Below are positions 38,341 through 50,200 of a stretch of 64,000 nucleotides of DNA, piece after piece; the stretch's first letter is position 1; each line of letters opens with the position of its first letter. The notes beneath the pieces are model-generated. The model saw only the letters and a program-made list of their open reading frames with translations, ran no database searches and was not told where the DNA came from. Origin of the DNA: Lytechinus pictus (lineage: Eukaryota); contig NC_087247.1 of the NCBI RefSeq assembly GCF_037042905.1, positions 6,634,001 through 6,698,000 on the forward strand. The letters run 5' to 3'. A program made the translations under genes and the position numbers.

Positions 38341-38590
38341 TGTAGACTTCCTATTTTTATGCTTTCTTTTCAAACTTAGTTTGTTCTTGACAGACTGAAA
38401 GAAAGCTAGAGTCTTGCCAAATATTGCAACAAATAATGTATACCTATGTCTGATAGGTTCAGGGAATCGGTACTTCATTCCCAGTTAATTAAATTCCATA
38501 AATCTGAATAACTAAGCAGACCTACTGTGAATGAATAACAGTTTCCAGTGACAACTCTAAATGCTCCAGTGAACTTGAATATTCTTTGTA

Positions 38591-38780
38591 AACAAATTTT
38601 TTGGCATTACTCCTATGTGTTTAAGATCGCATGCTCGATCTTTAATGAAAATCATAAGTCAGAAAAAATTGGAACCAGTGGGATTAGAACCTCTGGTTCA
38701 AATTTTTTCTGACTTATGATTTTCATTACAGATCGAGCATGCGATCTTAAACACATAGGAGTAATGCCGAAAAATTTGTT
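38591..38780. repeat. Near-perfect foldback hairpin (88-bp arms, 14-nt loop)
   Basis: 38591-38678 is the reverse complement of 38693-38780 with about 3 mismatches. Confidence 0.9.
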
Positions 38781-39113
38781 GGCAAATTATGATTTCCTCC
38801 TATTAAAGCCTCTTTATTTATTATTGAATATTCTTGTACTACTTGTTTAGAAATGAGCTGTATGAATCAAGTTGTTGCCTGTTATGGCCCAGTCTTGAAA
38901 ACTTCTTGTTTAGATGCAATAAAAAAACAGTAATAGAAGCTGAATTGTCAAAGCATTTATTAGAGTGTTGGATTTTTGTGAAATTAATCTGATTTGTCAT
39001 TTCTTTAAATAGAGTACATGCAGCTGTTGGGTATGTTGGGTTGACTTAGTCACTGCTGAGCGTGAAAATAATAAATTTTTAATGTGCTGAATGGCATTTA
39101 AATATAAAATATA

Positions 39114-39729
39114 CAGTGCGTATCAAAAAAAAGTTAACACTTAGAAAAAAATCCTGTAGAATTATACATTTGTAATATCCTGAACATTTTTCCACATTTT
39201 AACATTGGTACAGATCCATTTAACTGTCGAAAAATATTTCCGCTTGAGTGAGCACCACTTACTTTTGAAAAGTTAGTGAAAAATGATTTGCTCAGAACTT
39301 GGAAACAGTTATGCGAATAAAGTAGACCTTAATCATGAAGAACACGTTGAATTTAGTTAAGGTTGTGCCTACTAAGTGTTGAAATTTCAATTTGGGTGGC
39401 AAAATTGTTACAAAATGCTTGAATGTATCTGTTTTATTTCAATTGACCAAAAGAGCAAGGGAAATGTATGAGAAATGTTTCGCAGGGTAAGTTTGATTTC
39501 GCCCTTTCCCCTTGACACAACATGAAAACGAGCATTTCTGCGCAAACAGATTTCTGCGAGCTTTACAAAAATGGACAGTGCTCACTCAAGTGTTACATTC
39601 TGTCTAAACTTTTACTTTCATTGGATAGATGAGACCAAACCCAAGATTATATGTGAAAAAATTACCCACATGTATATTTTTTAATTCCCAGGGCTTTTTC
39701 AAAGTGTAAACTTTTTTTGATACGCACTG
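39114..39729. mobile_element. Tc1/mariner-like MITE
   Basis: TA|CAGTGCGTATCAAAAAAA ... TTTTTTGATACGCACTG|TA. Confidence 0.88.
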
Positions 39730-39862
39730 TATAATGCACTTCACAAAAATATAAAAACAAGATTCCTGGCAGTAATTTTTTTTCCAACATAAGCAAATTA
39801 TTTATGGTTTTTCAATTGTCATAAAATTAATTTCTTCATTTTTATACCTAATATGATATGAA

Positions 39863-40069
39863 CAGGGGCGGATCCAGGACTTTCCAAGGGGGGACACAAT
39901 TTCCCGAGGAAAAATTTGACAAGCAAAAAAAAAAAAGGTCTTCACTTTCAAAAGGGGGGGGCACACTTCAGTTTTAATGGCATTTTTACTTTACCAATTT
40001 TAATTGTGCCTCTCAAAGGGGGGGGGGGGCATGGGCCAGCTTTGCCCCCCCCCCCTGGATCCACCAGTG
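39863..40069. mobile_element. hAT-like poly-G/C MITE
   Basis: CAGGGGCGGATCCAGG ... CCTGGATCCACCAGTG; imperfect 8-bp TSD GATATGAA/CATATGAC. Confidence 0.65.
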
Positions 40070-41266
40070 CATATGACGAAGAAATTAAGCTATGAAATTT
40101 CAATTTAAAAACCAAGTCACATATCTTTTATTCCGTTTGTTAATTAGGAATTTAACCTTGGTCATTATGGTGGAGAAAAGTAAGATAAACAGAAATGGTG
40201 AAAGTTTTAATTAAGCTAGGTGAACTGATTTTTAATTTCATTTGAATTACAGGGGTAATACAGAGTTTTATGACATATGCCTCTATTTCTATGCTCCTCT
40301 TTCTTCCTCTTAGTTTTTTTCTTATTTTTCCTCTTATTCTTTTTTTATTAACTTGACAAAAAAATTGTAAGGGGGGCAGGCAGTTGAATCGTCGCCCCTG
40401 TGGTTCTTATATTGTAAGTAACATGGTATACCCACTGATGTGCTTGACCTGCATAGTTTTATAATTGTTTTTCTGCATAACAAGAACCATGGCCCTCTTC
40501 CTAAAAAAATATATATATGAATGTAAAAAATAGAATGAACGTACTATAAGTGCATGGAATAAGAAATATGAGTGAAAAACTTTTGTTGAGGATCAAGATA
40601 CTGGTAATAATTTATATAATGCAAGATAGCCTGATAAAAGGTATTCAAAGATTAAACAATACACAAATAAAATCATATATACTAGGCAAGATGTATATGA
40701 TTTTTGTGTACTGTGACGTGTGTGTGTTGTTTTAAAAGGAGAATGCATACATGGTGATCATAAGGTTTGTTGGGGTAGATTTTCCTTTTAAAGTGGGGGG
40801 GGGGGGGCGGCAATTAGTTGAGGGCTTAAGGGCGGACAAGGAAAATGTGGGTGCAGCAAAATGACTCTCCCCATAACTTTTTTCTCCATTTTTCAATATC
40901 AAGGAGGTATAATCCTCTCCTGCACTCCCACACAACCCCTGCCTGGTCAGCTGGTACTGACATTGCCTTTGGAAAAAAGAAGATTTTTCTTTTACATTTG
41001 TGATAACAAATTAAGTTGTGGACCAATTTTTTTTTTTTGGGGGGGGTCATAAACGTAATTACAGATGATGCTAACCCCAACCCCCCATTCCCCCCCCCCC
41101 TAGGGTTGGGGTTGGGGCACAACCCCAACCCCGATTCCAACGCCATTTTTTCTAGGGTTGGAGTTGGGGCACAACCCTAGAAAAATAAATGAATAAATAA
41201 TAATAATAAAAAAAAAGTCCGAGCCTGGAAAAAAAAATGATTGCGTAACTTCCAACAATTGGCAAC

Positions 41267-44200
41267 ATGGCTGCGCTCTTGCATCGGATAGCTGCTCGTC
41301 GGCTGGGAAATAAATTTCAGTTTTGGAATGAAATTTATCAAGCTAACAGAATTTTCGGGGAAAGCAAACCACTGAGCTGTTCTGCTTTACAGTTAAACTC
41401 TTATAATTGCCAGGAATGGGTGAGTAGTTGTGATTTAATTGAGTCGAAATGTAGAAGAACGTGCGAGATTACCTTCCTTCAATTCATGTCTCATGATGCC
41501 TTGCCTGGCTACGCGGTACCGGTACTAATCCACCGCTAGCCACTCCGCGAGTGGTGGAGGATCGAGCTCGAGGACCCGGCCCGGGCGCGGGCGGCCTTAG
41601 CCTGGAGGCGTCTGGGGAGTGAAAATCATATGAATTTCAACTTAGACAGCTGGCAGCCGTCTGTTTCGTGGAGTTTTTTAACACTTAATTTTTGTCTCAC
41701 CTGCATAGCAGAGTGAGACTATAGGCGCCGCTTTTCCGACGGCGACGGCGGCGGCGGCGGCGTCAACACCAAATCTTAACCTGAGGTTAAGTTTTTGAAA
41801 TGACAGCATAACTTAGAAAGTATATGGACCTAGTTCATGAAACTTGGCCATAAGGTTAATCAATATACAAATAATGAATGTGTATGCGTGCAATGGGAAG
41901 AATATTTTCATGAGATGAAAGATGTAAAGTTCCATTCAACGAGGCGTTAGCCGAGTTGAATGGAACTTTTAATCTTTCATCGAATGTAAATATTCTTTCC
42001 ATTGCACAAATATTTGCATTCATTATTTGTTTTATATAACTCATATAAGTTACAAAGTTTTTTAAAATGTAAAAAAAGGAATAACAAGATAAAGATTAGG
42101 TTGGCCTATTTCCAGCAACTAATTTTTCTCTGATAATTGCTAGTCGGTGGATAACACCATGTATCGACAGCTCATCAGCCCTTTGCTTTCATGTTTGTGA
42201 CGCGCATTGCTTCATGGATCTGAGTCGAGTGCGCACAGTCAGTTTGATCTGCGCTAACTTCATGCGCGCGAACACACACACACACACATACACAATAAGT
42301 AGACATACACATGATTATACTGAGGGAGCGCTAGCGCGCGTACCGTGCAATGGAAAAATAAAAAATGCACGGTCACCGTGCAATGGAAAATTACAAAATG
42401 CACGCAGTAAAAAATGGACCAAATATTGAACACCTTTCAACCAATCAGATGGCAAGAATCTTCGTTTGAGTTATATAAGTATTACTGAACATCCTGCATG
42501 AGTTTCACATCACATGACCAAGGTCAAAGGTCATTTAGGGTCAATGAACTTTGGCCGAATTGGGGGTATCTGTTGAATTACCATCATAACTTTGAAAGTT
42601 TATGGATCTGATTCATGAAACTTGGACATAATAGTAATCAAGTATTACTGAACATCCTGTGCAAGTTTCAGGTCACATGATCAAGGTCAAAGGTCATTTA
42701 GGGTCAATGAACTTTGGCCAAATTGGGGTATTTGTTGAATTACAGCCATAAATTTGAAAGTGTGTTGGTCTAGTTCATAAAACTTGGACATAATAGTAAT
42801 CAAGTATCACTGAACATCCTGTGCGAGTTTCAGGTCACATGATCAAGGTCAAAGGTCATGTAAGGTCAAAGAACTTTGGCCACGTTGGGGGTATTTGTTG
42901 AATTGCTATCATATCTCTATAAGTGTATTGGTCTAGTTCATAAAACGTGGAAATAAGAGTAACCAAGTATCACTGAACATCTTGTGCGAGTTATAGTAGT
43001 TTTCAAAATCAGCACTGCTGCTATATTGAATCGCGTGATGCAGGTGAGACGGCCAGAGGCATTCCACTTGTTTTTAATTTCTCCTCGTACACAGACGGCT
43101 CGTGATCATGCAGCCGCCATTTACCTAACTTAGGCAGTGCGCGACACTGGCACTGGTCCGATGATCTAAGACCGGTAAAAATTGCTGTCTGGCCAGTAAC
43201 TTTTCAGAAAAAGCCAGATTTACTGGTCCGACATGACCAGTAACTTACTGGTCATGTCGGACCAGTAAATCTGGCTTTAGATTATATGATTGATATATCT
43301 ATCTGATACAAAATATATTTTCTTCTCTTTTGTAAATTATAAAAATGGCTCTCATGAATTATGTTGTGAGTGTGTACTTTTCTTTGGGGGGGGGGGGTAA
43401 TAAGCAATAAAAGACAGCAAAATAAACTCAAGTTTTTTAAATATTTTTTGGGGACCAGTCAATTTTAGGTTAGGTCCAGTAAAAAATGGAATAACTGGGT
43501 ATGAACTGATCCGACATGATCTGGGTCCCGTAACACAAACGTTAGCGATTAATCGTACGCTTGATTTCTACGATTAATACATATTAGCCAAGGGAATCAA
43601 TCGTAGAATAATGTTCTACAATTATTGCTAACCTTTGTGTTACGGGCCCCAGGTCGGACCAGTAGAAAAAGAGGGTTAGTGTGGAGCCCTGGCCTAGGGG
43701 GTTAACAATGCATCACCCCCCCCCCCTGACGCGACAGGGCTCATCGATTTTTGTCTTTATTTCATAAAAATATATAAGAACTGGACCAAAGTAAAGATTA
43801 AAAAATAAACTTAATAAAGGACAAATACAGTGATTTACTTTGGCTGTCGCGCAACTCCCACTTCCTTGGTTTGTCTGAACTTAAATGTCAAGTCCACCAC
43901 AGAAAAATGTTGATTTGAATTAAAAGAGAAAAATCAAATTGGCATAACGCTGAAAATTACATCAAAATCGGATGGAAAATAAGAAAGTTATGACATTTTA
44001 AAGTTTTGCTTATTTTTCACAAAACAGTGATCTGTACAACTCAGTGACATGCAATTGAGACAGTCCATGATGTCCCTCACTCACTGTTTCTTTTGTTTGT
44101 TATTGTTTGAATTAACAATATTTCTTTTTTTATAAATTTGAAAATAGGGACCAACTTGACTGAACCATATAGTATTAAACAATGCTAATTCAACATGTTC

Positions 44201-47200
44201 AGGGAGGAATTAATCATTATTTCACTTGACAATGAGGAGAATATCAGAATATTTTATATTTCATGCAATAAAATTCAAAAGAAATAGTGAGTGGATGACG
44301 TCATCAGTCTCCTCACTTGCATACCGACCAGGATGTGCATAGAACAGTTTTGTGAAAAAAAGCGAAACTTTGAAATGTCTCAACTTTCTGATTTTATTTT
44401 ATTTTCTTATTCAAATGCGCTCTGGACTGTAGTATTATAAAGCACTTTCTGAAGGACTTCTTTGCGTTGATGCGGTCTTCATTGGCCTGGTCCTTGTTGG
44501 TGGTTTCAGTCAGTAGCCATGTCTTCCGAGACTCCTTAGCCAGCTATAAGCCTGACTAACCTCAGCATTCCATTCTGCCTTCCCTTCTTCCTATTTGGGA
44601 GGGTGTGTGGCAGATTCACAGAGTAAGAGACCATGAAATCAGAAAATGAAGACAGCAAGTTCTCAGCCTCTGAGAGAGGAATATGATCTATGTTACTGAG
44701 ACTGCGGAACAGATTCAGAGATATCTTCTCCATTGGGACTGTATACATCTCCTCAATGGTAGCCTGGTCTACGTCCTGCCACTTAACTTTGAGCCGTTGG
44801 ATCGAGGAGGGGATTTGGGAGTGTGAAGTGCGGCGATCAGAGTAGCAGACTTCATACGAACAGGATGCAATGATCAGAAGATGGTCAGAGGTATTGGTTG
44901 GGTCATCTTTCACAGTTGAGATGTTATCATGTTGCTAAAAAGATGTTCGTCTCTGGAAGGAGCAAGGATAGTATCAATACACGACTTGTGTCTCCCATCG
45001 TCGGACTGAAAGGTGTAGGTGTAGGTGTCGGGGCTAAAATGACTAGAGGTGAGACAACAGAGGTTCTCTCGAGTCAGGAAATCCTGAGGATAGCAAGAGT
45101 CTTCTTGGTGTTAGGGTGAATTATATCCACGTTGATGTCTCCCACAATGATGGCAGAAGTGTTCTTAGTGCTCTCAAGTAGGTATGAGATGTGAGAAAGG
45201 CAGGAATGGTATTCATTTTGATCTGCGTTGGACACTCCACAGGGTAGGTAGCAACTCACAAAGGTGAAAGTTTCTGTGGTTTCCTTAACCTTGACGTGAG
45301 CAGCAAGTAATCTAGGCGACCGGCATTTGATTTCCCAGCAGTCCATAACCAGAGATTTCCTGATAAAAATGGCTAAGCCACCTTTCCCACGTTGGTTGCG
45401 GAGATCAAGTGAGCCATTGATTCTCTCGGCGGGCTTGTGGAGAATGAGATGCTCATTAGAAACACTGTTCAACTTGGGGCAGTTTTGAGCAAGGAGCCAA
45501 TGTTCTTGAATAGCCAAGATGTCGAGATGGAGAAGTTGCTCTTTAACGAACGCAACAATGGTGTTAAACCCCCTTACGTTCATTGTACAGAGGGAGCGAT
45601 TTCTGCAGATGAGTGTTCTCTTTGGATGGGAGTACAAGTTTATTGGTCTGGGAGGAGAGCGGTCATTTCTGGTGTGGGGGGACCGACTTGACTGAACCAT
45701 ATAGTATTGAACAATGCTTATTTCACATGTTCAGGGGGGAATAAATCGTTGTTTCACCTGACAATCAGGAGAAAATTAGAATATTTCATATTTTATACAA
45801 TAAAATACAAAAGAAATAGTGAGTGGATGACATCATCGGTCTCCTCATTTGCATACCGATCAGGATGTGCATAACTGTTTTGTGAAATTAAGCAAAACTT
45901 TATAATGTCATAACTTTCTTATTTTACATCCGATTTTGTCCGGTAATGTTGAACATCTTTTACCACAAAGGATCACAGTCGTTCTGAAAGTCACTCTTAA
46001 CTTACAAATTTTCAGCTTTATGAAACGGCCCCTAGATCTACATGTATGCCATGGTTATGGTTAATAAACATTTCTCAATGCTATTCCAGAACCATCAAAG
46101 TTTAAGGCTTGGTCCCACTGCACTTACGGATGCAGAGAGGATGTAAAACAGAAAAGAAGCTTGCCATCTGTTGGAAAACTTTATGTATCCATTTTGTACT
46201 CTTTGCTTACGTGTTTCGTATGCTCTATATCCATCGAGCATCCGTCCACTGTGATTTCACTGTTTGCCCATTTTGTCCATTGTCTGGAGCGGATGAAAAT
46301 GGATGGAGCCATCCCGAAATTTTGCTTGTCTGATGTATCCGTTATGAATTCGTTTTGTGTCCGTCGCCCAGTGGGACTAGGCCTTTACATGTGTCTTTAT
46401 TCATTCTTAGTGTTTATTCATTAAATTTGTTTAGAATGTATTCTAGAATTTAAAGTCTCATTCCTCTAACATTTTTAGGCCAACTTGAAAGGACGTAGTT
46501 TCCCTTTGAGTTTGGAGCATGCATTTCTTGTAGTAATGAAGCAAAACTTTGATTGTTTTTCAGACTCGCCAAAGCCCCATTCTGAAGTCACGGACCAGCA
46601 CAGCTAAAAGGTAATGTTTTGCCCCAAAAATGGGTATGCATGTTTAAAGTTGTAGTTTATGACAAAATTTAAAGTATGTGCATGGCTAGATTTAATAATG
46701 TTTAATGACTTAAGAAGCAGCTGCAGCTTCAAAAAGCCTATTATTGTAAGGATGGCATTTGTATTATTTCAGCTATGTTTTACATCATAGCTATAGTTTT
46801 TTGCCAATTCATTTTTCTATTAGAAGATATTGATTTGTAAAATAAGAAATTTAGTAAATGAACAGAGTAGACTACAATTCTGTTAAAACCTGCAGAGAAA
46901 GGTCCCGACACCCCCACTCTCCCCTTTTGAGGAAGTGCTTTGTGAGTACTCTTGGGAAGTGAATAAAAATTGAAAGGTAAAGCCATGTCCATGATTTAAA
47001 TTGAAATTTTCCTTCAGGTCCTGTGTTACAGGCAGTTTGTTATTTTATATGTGTATACATAGGAAAAGAAAGTTTTTTAATTCTTTCAATTATTGTTGAT
47101 TATTTGGAAACTAGGAAAGTACATGTATAAGCCAATTTTCATTGTATAATGATGGTAACATCAAGTCCAAAGATCAAATTAAAGAAAAAGAATAATATTG

Positions 47201-50200
47201 ACTATTGACCCTGTAACATAAAAGCAATTATTGCTTACACATTTAATTATCAAGCATGCAGTATCTAGTTATGTTACCCTACCAGTGATGATAATTGATC
47301 AATCTTTTCATTATCTATTGGTTTTTCCCCATCTGAGCAGGCAGTGGAGAGAGTCGAGAAGAAACTACAGCACAGGTTCTGAGGCAGAACCATTCCCCAA
47401 AGAACCAATCCAGCCGTACAAGCTTATAGAAAGGGATCTACAATCTCTCCATCCTAGTATACGACAGGTGTGTATGTACCAACAAGCAAAGAATCTTCTG
47501 GCTTGCTTGGTATTCTGAAATAGACATTGTTGAATTGAATTAGTTTTATTGCTGATTTTTGTTTTGGTCTTCTATTCTAAAATGGACATTGTTTTATAAA
47601 TTTATTTTTGTTGTTGTTTCAATTTATATTTGTTTTCAAAGGAAATTATGAAGTCCAGCTTCATCATGATGGCTCCTTAATTATGCCATGTAGAGTTAAC
47701 TTTCAGCTTGCAAGCCTAAAACTTCAAAGCAGTAGATTGTAGCAAAACAAGCCATAATCATAATGTCAACTAAAATTACACCAAAACTTTTCAAACTCTG
47801 TCAGAATCATTTTAAAGCGACCTTACATTGACAAATCATGGGGAAATCAAGGCTAATCTCAGAACAGAGAAGGGATTCCAGTCTTTCACTCGGCTGCATG
47901 TCTGGGGGTGTTATGTAATAGACGCCTGCATGTCTGGGAGAGCATTAGTTGGTAGACTAACCAACCAGAATTAAACTGCGCATTTTCACTTTGAAACGTC
48001 ACTTCACAGAGGTTATTTATTTTGGTTTAGCAATCAAGAGACCTGCTAAGAGTCTAGGAATTGGGATTGTTGGAAACTAGAACTGTGACAACCCAAAGTA
48101 AATGACCATCACGAGTTCGGTCAAATTCGTGCTTTCCAAACTTTTATTGTATTAGTCAAATGGGTGCTCATGACGGAAGGATTATATTATGCAAGTCAAT
48201 TGGCCTTGTGCAAATTTCGTATTGATTCAATTTCCCCATGAGTTGTCAATTGCAGGGCGCTTCAAATTTGCACCATCATTTTACCACCTCAGTCTTCCAC
48301 ATCAAAAATAAAAATCTCACTCACTACAATAGATGAACATAATGATACCTGTGTATTTTAATACCCCAAGAAAATAAAGATGAGAGTATGTTAAGTGAGG
48401 CAGGTTGTTTCCAGACAGATTTCACATAGAACATGCCTTGCTTGTTAAGAAATCATATTCAAGGAAAGTGGAAAATGGAGCATTAGCAGACCAGGAGATA
48501 TCACCTACTATGGCGGCTCAAGCATAATATGACAATGGTATAATAATTTTTCCTATTTCCCACTGGAGTTATATATTCTGACAGATTATATATCCCTGTG
48601 AGATAAAAAATGCCATCCAACAGCACTGCATGCTTCATATTCACTCCCCTGAGAAAAACATATACAAGACCATCACAGGTCTATATAATGATATGTCAAT
48701 TTATACAGTGCATCCCCCCAAAAAACTATACTTTTGAAATGGCTGCCAAATAAAAAAAATATATCAATTTTGGGGAAAACACTTGCATATATGGAAGCCA
48801 ATAAAGTCAACTTTCAAATGACACCAAAAAGTTGGAAAACTATTCATGCTTGAGCGAGCACTGCCAAGTGAAACAAAGGGTATGAAAATTAGGCTGGGCC
48901 GGAATTAGCCTTCCAATTTCTGTCAGTTTTGTTTAAAGGCAAATCCTTTAGAACTTGCAAAGTTAAGGGTGTTGTGATAAATTAATGATCAACCGTGACC
49001 AGTTTTGGTTGTTAAAGCCAATATAATAAATTATTAAATTGAACTTTAATGCATGAGTGAACACAAATTACACTTTTTTGGGAAGCATTTCAACTTTATC
49101 ATGTGGATCTCAGCAATGTTCGTGGGAGTTGGGAGAATAGGGGGTGAGATAGGGCTTAATGGGAGAAGTAGGTTGGTTGCAGTTACTATGTGCATATACT
49201 CAATTGCGCTTTGATACTTGGTATCATATTATAACCCCGGCTGTAGCTGAGCCGCCATATTAATAGGCGCTAAAGCGTTCAGGGAATAAATCCTTCCTGG
49301 TACCCATTCACCTCACCTGGGTCGAGTGCAGCACAATGTGGATAAATTTCTTGCAGAAGAAATTTAAGCCATGGCTGGGATTTGAACCCACGACCCTCTG
49401 TTTCAAAGTCCGGATACTAATCCACTGGGCCTATGCAACTTGTCCTTTAAATACACGTTTCTGATTGGTCGAAAATCAAGATGCATTTGATTGTGTTGAT
49501 TTGTGTGACGGGCCTCTCAAGATGTGCGGGCAGTCAATGCCAGAATTGTATTCTTTTTTTTTTGTTTCAGGAGCTGTGTGGAAGTTGTCCAGAGCTGACA
49601 GAAGCAGCCCAGTATTATTTTGATGGAAAGGGCAAGTCTTTCAGGCCGATGATAGTACTACTCATGTCTAAAGTGTGCAATCTTCATAATTCTTCAAATG
49701 ATAGGTATGTATGCAGTCATTATTAGTGCTCTCTTATGATGATTCTTTATGACCTGGAATGGGGCATGTTGCACGAAAGCTATTTTATGGTAACATTCCT
49801 AATTTTCCTATCCAATCCAGAGGAGGCAGCGTAGCTCAGTCCGTTAGAGCGCATGTTTTGGAGAAGATCGTAGATCTCAACATGAGGGGTTCGAGTCCCG
49901 CTCATGCCGAAATGCATCTAACAAAAAAGTCTGATGCTATAACATTGTGTGTTAGCGTGCCTCACCACTGTATTCAGTGCAGGATTGAATGCAGTTGGAA
50001 AACACTCCGTCCCTCGGAAAGGACGCAAATGTTGGTCCTGTGTATAGGAGACTCACAACCCATGCACGTTACGCACTATTCGTCAAAGAGAAGGGTGTTC
50101 ACCCGGTGTATTACACCTGCCGGTCCCGGCAAACTTCAGGTGAAGTACCCAGTGCGTTTATGCCCAGGAGGGCCCTGCATCGTGTACATCTAGATCCAGA

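Noticed and set aside
49822-49910. tRNA genes here and at 55720 and 62800
   Set aside because: No complete cloverleaf or terminator; each continues into a SINE body and tail.
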